A DNA stretch of 32,000 nucleotides from Zygophlyctis sp. KS116 (Eukaryota; Fungi; Chytridiomycota). Shown one piece after another: positions 25,064 through 32,000 of the stretch. The position numbers were made by a program, and so were the translations under genes. Under the pieces are notes generated by a model that was not told the DNA's origin, did not search any database, and saw nothing but the letters and a program-made list of their open reading frames with translations. Location of the stretch: positions 86,162 to 118,161 of the forward strand of contig BAAFSQ010000002.1 in NCBI GenBank assembly GCA_054661495.1, given 5' to 3'. Position 1 is the stretch's first letter, and every line of letters begins with the position of its first letter.

Positions 25064-26364
25064 ATGCTACAAGCCATCAGGTACTCTTTGGGTATGAATG
25101 TAATAAAATGATAAATTTCAGGATCTTTAGAAATCTTAAATCAGCTTCTTCTTCCCTTTGAAAGCGTTTACGAGGAGTTAAAATCTACTGCAGATGCACA
25201 TGCTGCAATCAAAACAATGAAGGTAATCATTAGTCTGAATATTTTAAACGATTCCCTAAAATATCTAATCACAAGGTAAGGGGAGCTCCTGCGATCGCAC
25301 TTGTTGCGGTTTTATCGTTGGCTGTAGAATTGCATGTGGAGGCACATCATCGATCGGTTTCCCCATTCAAAAATGCATCACAAGTGGCTCTCTACATTCA
25401 TGAAAAGTTGGAGTATCTGAAAACATCTCGACCGACTGCAGTCAATCTTTTTGAAGCGGCTGATCGACTCGATAAACTAGTGCAAAAAGCTGCGTCTACT
25501 TTTGCTGATCCTATTCATGTTTTGTCTGTTTATATAGAAGCTGCCGAAGCAATGATGGATAAAGACTTAAAAGATAATCAGAGTATCGGTTCCTTTGGAG
25601 CGGATTTCATTTTATCATACGCTAAAAGTCAAAATGTTTGCATCTTAACTCATTGTAACACTGGATCTTTAGCAACTTCCGGATGGGGTACAGCATTAGG
25701 AATTATTAGAGAATTGAATTCAAGGAAACAATTGACTAGAGCATTTTGTACAGAGACTAGACCATATAATCAAGGCTCTAGATTAACTGCTTTTGAATTA
25801 GTATACGAGTCTATTCCATCTACGCTCATATGCGATAGTATGGTATCTGCTTTACTAAAGGATCAAAAAATAGATGCAATCGTTGTTGGAGCGGATCGGT
25901 AAGATTTTATGCCATATTAATTCAAAGAGTTGCTGCAAATGGTGATACAGCAAATAAAATTGTAAGTTGTATTTAGTTAATTTCAGGGAACTTATCAAAT
26001 GGCGATTTCTGCTAAATATCACAATATTCCATTTATTGTTGCTGCTCCTTGCACTTCTATTGATTTATCTATAAAATCTGGACAAGAAATCAAAATCGAA
26101 CAAAGGCCTGGAATTGAAGTAACTCAAGTTCGCGGTTTAGAAGTACAAGATGAAGCTAATTTAAAAGAGCCATTTTTCAATCCAAAAACAACTAATGTTT
26201 TGACAGCTGCTGAAGGAATAGATATATGGAATCCTGCATTTGATGTAAGCATTTATTATATTAAGAATTAGGTAACTCCATACGAGCTGATTTCAGCAAT
26301 TGTTACAGAAAAGGGTGTGTTTACTCCAGGAGATGATGGTAAATTCAAGTTGCTATGGGATTAG
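25064..26364 (+). CDS. MRI1: Methylthioribose-1-phosphate isomerase (methionine salvage), 6 exons
   Basis: [106 protein letters not shown]. Confidence 0.96.
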
Positions 26365-26877
26365 CATGGATTTGAACTTTGATAATTTTGATGGGATTTA
26401 AAGGCTTATTTTTCTTATTGACTTCCACTTGTTCAATTAAATCAAGAGTCCCGAATCCATCTATTACTCTGAAATTAGCATTAATAATATTACCTTCCAA
26501 ACACTGTATATTTTCCATCTAAATGCGCTTGACGACCATAAGTTATAAAAAACTGCGATCCGTTGGTGTTTGGACCTTTGTTAGCCATTGATAATATTCC
26601 TCTACAATCATGCTTCAATGAGTCTACAATTTCATCTTCGAATGTATTTCCATAAATTGATTCTCCTTCCTTCCCTGTTCCTGATGGATCTCCCGTCTGA
26701 ACCATAAAGCCCTTCATATTCCTTTCTTTAATCATATAATCATTACCGATGAAATAGGTTATCATCATAGTATCCTGATGCAGCCAATGCTAAAAAGTTT
26801 TTGGCGGTCTTGGGCACTGCTTCACAAAACACTTCAATCTTTAGTTTACCGAGATCAGTAACAAGAGTCAACGACAT
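26345..26877 (-). CDS. PPIL3: Cyclophilin-type PPIase, PPIL3/Cyp10-like, 3 exons
   Basis: [92 protein letters not shown]. Two 25-nt introns. Confidence 0.93.
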
Positions 26878-26967
26878 TTGCTTTCCTAGACCTCAAATGT
26901 CAGTTCTCAGTGCCAAAAGTGAATCAACAAATATCTTATTACATACCATTCCTAAATTGATGCACAT

Positions 26968-28552
26968 TTAAGCTGCATATTTGCATAGATTTAGCCTATG
27001 ATCTGGAAGTTCTTCATGGATTTCATAATATGAGCCACAAGATTCGCAGAGTGATTCCTTTCCATTTGGTCCCAATTTTATAAATCCTGCCTCCTCTCTT
27101 GAGCATAGACAATGAATGCAATTCCAAATTTGATCTATTAATAATTATATTTCTAATTCATACCAGAATCTTCTTCTGAAGGTTTAGCAGATGAGTCCGT
27201 ACCATATCTTCTTCTAGTACTTTTCATTTCTCGCCTTTGAGCTCTAAAATGCTTAATTCTCTTTCATATACCTTCTAGATCTATCTCTACCAGATTTCAT
27301 AAAGTCAATATCTTCCTCTCCAACAGCTTCCAAAGTAGGACACCAGCCTCTGGCTTCTTCATCCCCTCTATGCCTAGATTCTAAAGCAAAAGGGTTGTAT
27401 AATTCACCCTCTTGTTTTATCTTAAATATCTGTTCCCGAATATTATGTGAAATAATAGTCACAAATTCCGAACTTACTCCCAAATCATTCACCAGAATTT
27501 GTGCAAACTCTTCTGGAGACATTGAAGATGATAGGTCCCATTCAAAACGATCGCGTAATCTTAGTTTACCAATTCTTAAATCCAATATTATTGGAACTCT
27601 AGAGTCCAAAGGTGGAGCAATATCAGAACCTAAAAGGTACTTTTTGTATTCTGATACTTGACTCTTTATTGCTGCACTTATTTGTGATCCATGAATACTT
27701 GTAGAAAGATCTAAATCTATACAAAGATATTCTGCAAACTTTTCCGGTGTCAGTAATTGCTCTAAAACTGTCAAAATCATTAAATTTACCATTCATGTTC
27801 CATGTAAAACTATCACACAATTTATAACCTTCTACATCCAAGTCTAGTCTAATTGGAACCAATACTTCTGGTATAGAGCTTAATTCCGGATTTTTAGCAG
27901 CATATAACTTTGCATAATCATGATGTTTTGTTTGCCTGATTGCTCTTTTCCGAGGTATAGCAACTTCTTTAGGAGGGGGTGGATTTGGCTTTGAAACCAT
28001 TTGTTCCTGAAGCTTTCTCATTTTTCTACGTCTTCTTCTTCCCTCTTCATCAGAATCATCAGTATACGACTCCTGATCAGAGTCTACCACAGACTCTGAG
28101 CCAGATCTTGCTTCTTCTTCTTCCTCCTCCTCTTCTTCTTCTTCAGATTCCACCAGAGGCAAATCTATAATTTTCTTTCTCTTTCGAGTAGGAAGTGTTT
28201 GTAACAGGCTACTTGATCCAGATTTAATCCTGGAAACATATGTATTTATAGCAGGCAAAAGCGGCAGAGGTTTTTTGCCATCTTGCGGTTGTTGACCATA
28301 TCCCACCGATGGTCGAACAGGAGCCCCAGGACGCATGCCTCTTGATCGCATGGAATTTAGTTGTTGCTGGTAATTGAATAAAACCATTTTAAATTGCTGC
28401 GGGGTCAGAGTTTGTTGTAATTGTAAGAGCTGAGGAGGGAGCCTGAACTGCTGCTGCTGTGGTCGAATCATTGCCGGTCTTCCTATTCTAGACTGCGCAG
28501 TCTGTAAAGCTGAGAATGTGGCGGTTGGTTGCCCAGAGTCGAACCGAGACAT
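26968..28552 (-). CDS. SFH1: SNF5-family RSC subunit Sfh1 with C-terminal GATA-like zinc finger, 4 exons
   Basis: SNF5 repeats LVPIRLDLD...DSFTWNMNE..LTPEKFA and LRDRFEWDL...SPEEFA..L..DLG...EF. The last exon encodes WNCIHC-x20-CESCG. Gln-rich N-terminus and a poly-Glu tract (~28111-28144). Confidence 0.88.
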
Positions 28553-28614
28553 TTTTTTCAGACAATAGTATTAGGTAATATTACAGACTCAAATGGGTTA
28601 TTAGGCTATATTAT

Positions 28615-29980
28615 TCAGACTACAAAAAGCATAAATGCATTAGCCAAAATATTCACAAATAATCTGGATCCGCTGCTGGCCTGCTGATTAGGGGGTACAG
28701 GTACAGACTCGGTAGAATTCTTACTTGGCTCAATATTGGATAGTTTCAAAGAAGACCACATAATCATTGAATCAATGTTGGGGTCTCTTAGATCTTGTTG
28801 TAGCGCAAATAAAGTAGTTCCATCTTGTGCAGCACCATCATTTCCAATAGGAGAATCACGTCCAGTTCCAGTATCGCCCATAATTGTGAAATCTCTCCAT
28901 GTGGTTTCTTCAGGTTTGATAAATTCAAAAGTAGATACAGCCTTCAATTTAGGATATTTTTGTAGTAATGTAGAATTCAAATATTGCCTCCACCAGCTTT
29001 GTCTCATGGCTACTCTACCAGGCTAAAATATTATTTAAAGAAGGCTTACACCAGGAGGAATAGGAGTATTTTGACCGTTTCTAACCATATGTACAGTAGC
29101 TGCAGTTTCAGTAACCATAAACGGTTTCCCAGAAGATGAATTTCCAGAATATAATTGATACAATGAGAATGCACCTTGTCCGGATAATACATTCTCAAAA
29201 AATCCAGGAGTAGGAATTTCATTATCTTCCCATGGCCACTTTGGTCCGAACCAGTAGACTGATAATCCAACCCAATCTACCCATTCATCACCTTCAAAAT
29301 TAAATAAGAGTTATACCTGGATAGTATGGAGAAAAGGGATCATCATTACTATCAACCTTTCCATCTCCATTAGTGTCCAAGGGAGTTGTAATTGCATCTA
29401 GAATCTGAATTCCTCCTTAAAATTAGAAAAGGTTCAAAATACCTCCCCATGGATAGTTTGTTCCTCCATTGGGTGCCCAGATCGCGGCTAAATTAGGAGA
29501 ATTTCCTGTTGCATCCTTGATTCTTCCAATCACTCTTTTCCAAGAGGCAATAAAAGACACAGGTTGCCGACCATACACAAACCAATTACCATTCATTTCT
29601 GATCCATATCTTAGAAATATACGATGTCCTTTCTGGATTTGAGATGCCAAGATACCAGAGACTTGACTTATTGCACCATCAGTTACGTTGTCGAAACCCT
29701 GTATCGGATATAGTGTGACATAAGCAATAGCATCGGTCCCCGAATCATCCAGTTGTTGGAAAAACTGATTCATGGCCTCAGGCTGGCAGTCTGAAGTAAG
29801 ATTAAAGTCCGATTGGAAAAACGACCATGGCTTATGGTTTACCCTTTGTATGATGGAAGTTATTGTGTCTCCGTCTAGTCGATCGTACCAAGGCCCCATA
29901 TATAGCTTACCCTCATCAGCAAACTCAAGAGGAGCCAAGGCAAATATTAAGCTGAAGAATGTGAGCAATATAAACATCAT
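28615..29980 (-). CDS. Secreted GH26-family glycoside hydrolase, possibly GPI-anchored; 3 introns
   Basis: Signal peptide MMFILLTFFSLIFA. Motifs FLRYGSEMNGNW (acid/base Glu), IWAPNG, DPFSPYYPGDEWVDWVGLS, KPFMVTETAA (nucleophile Glu), WWRQ..KYPKLKAV..FE. Ser/Pro linker followed by a hydrophobic C-terminus. Confidence 0.88.
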
Positions 29981-30057
29981 GGCGAGAGCGCAGGGTGTGA
30001 CCCCTTGTATGATCGTTATCGGTAAGTTAAAAAGATGCATCACTTATGATTTATTTC

Positions 30058-30910
30058 TCAATTCTTTCCTATAGCAGTAGGCTTGGCCTGTGTTGCCTTT
30101 TTTTTCGATGCTGTCTTTTTAGTCCCAGATGATGTCTGCGTAGAAGATGTCTTAGTCTTTTTCTTGGATGCAGACTGAGTCTTCTTATCAGATGATGTCT
30201 CAGTCTTTTTCTTGGATGCAGACTGAGTCTTCTTATCAGATGATGTCTTAGACTTTTTATGATTTAAAGTTTTACGCCATTTGGAATATAAAGAAGTCAT
30301 CGTCTCTGTCTTGGTTGCGTTAATTATACATTTGGTGCAGCCTTTTGGAATGATGCAAGATTCGTCTCCTTTTTTGCCGTAGGCATTACCTTCTGAATCA
30401 TAATCGGGATTAGTAACACGTTCAGTACAGCAGGGGAAGCCATACATTTTTCCATAGCAAAATCCTTGAACACACTTACTGCATTGTTTGGGAACAATCT
30501 AATTCATCATTAACTATAGAGAACTTACACACGATTTGTTATTTTCGGTTCCATAAGGGTAACCATTTGCATCATATTCAGGATTTGAAACAACCTTTTG
30601 GCAGCAAGGGAAACCATACAAACTGCCAATGCAGAATCCTTTATCATTGTACTTTATTAATGTATCATTTTTGACACAAGATAGGCAATCTTTTGGTACA
30701 ATCTATTATTAATGATAAGTTACGACTTACACAAGATGTGCCGTTTTCCGTTCCGTATGGGTAGCCATTCGAATCGTATTCGGGATCGGACACAGTTTTG
30801 GTACAGCATGAATAACCATTCAATTCTCCTGAGCAGAATCCTAATCCGTATACATTAGCAAGCAAAGTCAAGTTAATCACAACAACAATCAAATCAGTCA
30901 ATCGAACCAT
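30058..30910 (-). CDS. Secreted protein: 3 Cys-rich CBM10/fungal-dockerin-like repeats plus a Lys/Ser/Thr-rich tail
   Basis: Signal peptide (MVRLTDLIVVVINLTLLANVYG), then three units of GFCxGxxxG[YF]xCCxxxVxxP[ED]YDxxGxxYGxxxxxSCI[VI]PKxCxxC. Phase-0 introns at 30703-30730 and 30499-30528. Confidence 0.8.
30146..30257 (-). repeat. Coding 48-nt tandem repeat x~2.3 (KTSSDKKTQSASKKKT)
   Basis: gatgtct[t/c]ag.. recurs at 30146, 30194 and 30242 with near-identical units. Confidence 0.88.
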
Positions 30911-31178
30911 TTTCTTTCAATTTCGGACGTGTGCAAACGCGAAAGTATCGCGTCACCGTGTTTTTGGCTATAGAATATGACGTCAATGATCGGCTTCTAG
31001 AATGGTCGGATAATAATCGTATCACTGTTGCAGATTATTAGTTGATCTACCGGTTCTATGTGAATTCAAATTTCATAAAAATTTTAACCCCACAAAAAAA
31101 TATGTCGCTTGCAATTTGGGCTATGATCTACATGGACTGGTCATACGAAGAATCGATGCTTCATTGATGTTTTATTTC
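30911..31178. promoter_or_regulatory. Spacer and putative promoter of the 30910 gene
   Basis: ACGCGAAA (CGCG at 30938-30941), TCGCGTCA (CGCG at 30949-30952) and the palindrome TGACGTCA (30978-30985) lie within 75 nt of the ATG. Confidence 0.45.
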
Positions 31179-32000
31179 TTACTCCGCCACTGTTGCAGTA
31201 GGAAAAATAGTAGCTGCGGTTGAAGTCATATACACTGTGCTAGTGAAATATGTGATTTTGTCAATCACGTCAGCTTTAATCACACACTTTGTGCAGCCTT
31301 TTGGAATGATGCAAGATTCGTCTCCTTTTTTGCCGTAGGCATTACCTTCTGAATCATAATCGGGATTAGTAACACGTTCAGTACAACAGGGGAAGCCATG
31401 CATTCTTCCGTGGCAAAATCCTTGAACACAGTTTTTGCATTGCTTTGGTACAATCTAAATTATCTTAATAGTATGGATCTTACGCATGATTTTCCATTTT
31501 CAGTTCCGTAAGGGTAGCCATTTGAATCATATTCCGGATTTGAAACAACTCTTGTACAGCATGGATATCCAAACATACTTCCAATGCAAAATCCTTTATC
31601 ATTGTACTTTTTAGTTTTGGTCTTTTTAATGCATGATTTACAATTCTTTGGAACAATCTGTAGAGATTAACTGTACAGAACTTACGCAAGATTTTCCATT
31701 TTCTGTTCCGTATGGGTAACCATTTGAATCATATTCAGGATTGGTCACGACTTTCTTACAGCAAGTGAATCCGTACAATTTTCCCGTGCAGAAGCCATTA
31801 CTGGCAGTGGATGAACTATCAGTCGTGGAGGGTGTTGATTCCTTTTTAATGCATGATTTACAATTCTTTGGAACAATCTGTAGAGATTAACTGTACAGAA
31901 CTTACGCAAGATTTTCCATTTTCTGTTCCGTATGGGTAACCATTTGAATCATATTCAGGATTGGTCACGACTTTCTTACAGCAAGTGAATCCGTACAATT
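31179..32000 (-). CDS. Paralogous protein with at least 4 Cys-rich CBM10/dockerin-like repeats and a Thr-rich tail; 5' end outside the window
   Basis: Same repeat unit, e.g. GFCTGKLYGFTCCKKVVTNPEYDSNGYPYGTENGKSC|IVPKNCKSC. Phase-0 introns at 31878-31905, 31658-31685 and 31455-31483. Confidence 0.8.
31622..32000. repeat. Direct duplication with 220-nt period, identical over the visible 159 nt
   Basis: 31622-31780 is identical to 31842-32000, including the 28-nt intron. 220 nt = 192 coding nt (64 aa) + 28-nt intron. Confidence 0.93.

Noticed and set aside
26968-27135. GATA-like finger on Sfh1 as a novel fusion
   Set aside because: To my knowledge many fungal Sfh1 proteins already carry such a C-terminal finger.
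29980-30060. Fusion of the dockerin-like gene to GH26 as one modular enzyme
   Set aside because: Stops intervene, there is no suitable GT donor, and the GH26 has its own signal peptide.
31622-32000. Identical repeat as a transposon LTR or TIR
   Set aside because: The period equals one protein domain plus its intron, and there is no transposase or RT sequence.

Overview
This window is eukaryotic nuclear DNA from an AT-rich, extremely compact genome, most likely a zoosporic (flagellated, chytrid-grade) fungus. The evidence is two ciliary IFT-A genes (TTC21B/IFT139, WDR19/IFT144) alongside fungal-type NCA2, SFH1 and GH26 genes; the taxon is inferred. I reconstructed 18 protein-coding genes by hand-splicing, two of them cut by the window edges. 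The ORF track is fragmented because genes carry many tiny GT-AG introns, mostly 23-31 nt. Several intergenic spacers are only 19-100 nt, and one convergent pair of CDSs overlaps. The most interesting candidates are: (i) two tandem genes made of Cys-rich repeats resembling fungal dockerin/CBM10, next to a secreted GH26, with a recent internal duplication that includes an intron; (ii) the tiny-intron, minimal-spacer architecture itself; (iii) a secreted PLAT-domain polyproline protein; (iv) two apparent pseudoenzymes, one TilS-like and one membrane-anchored GH26-like. I saw no rRNA, tRNA, CRISPR array or transposon. All family assignments come from motif recognition, not database searches.
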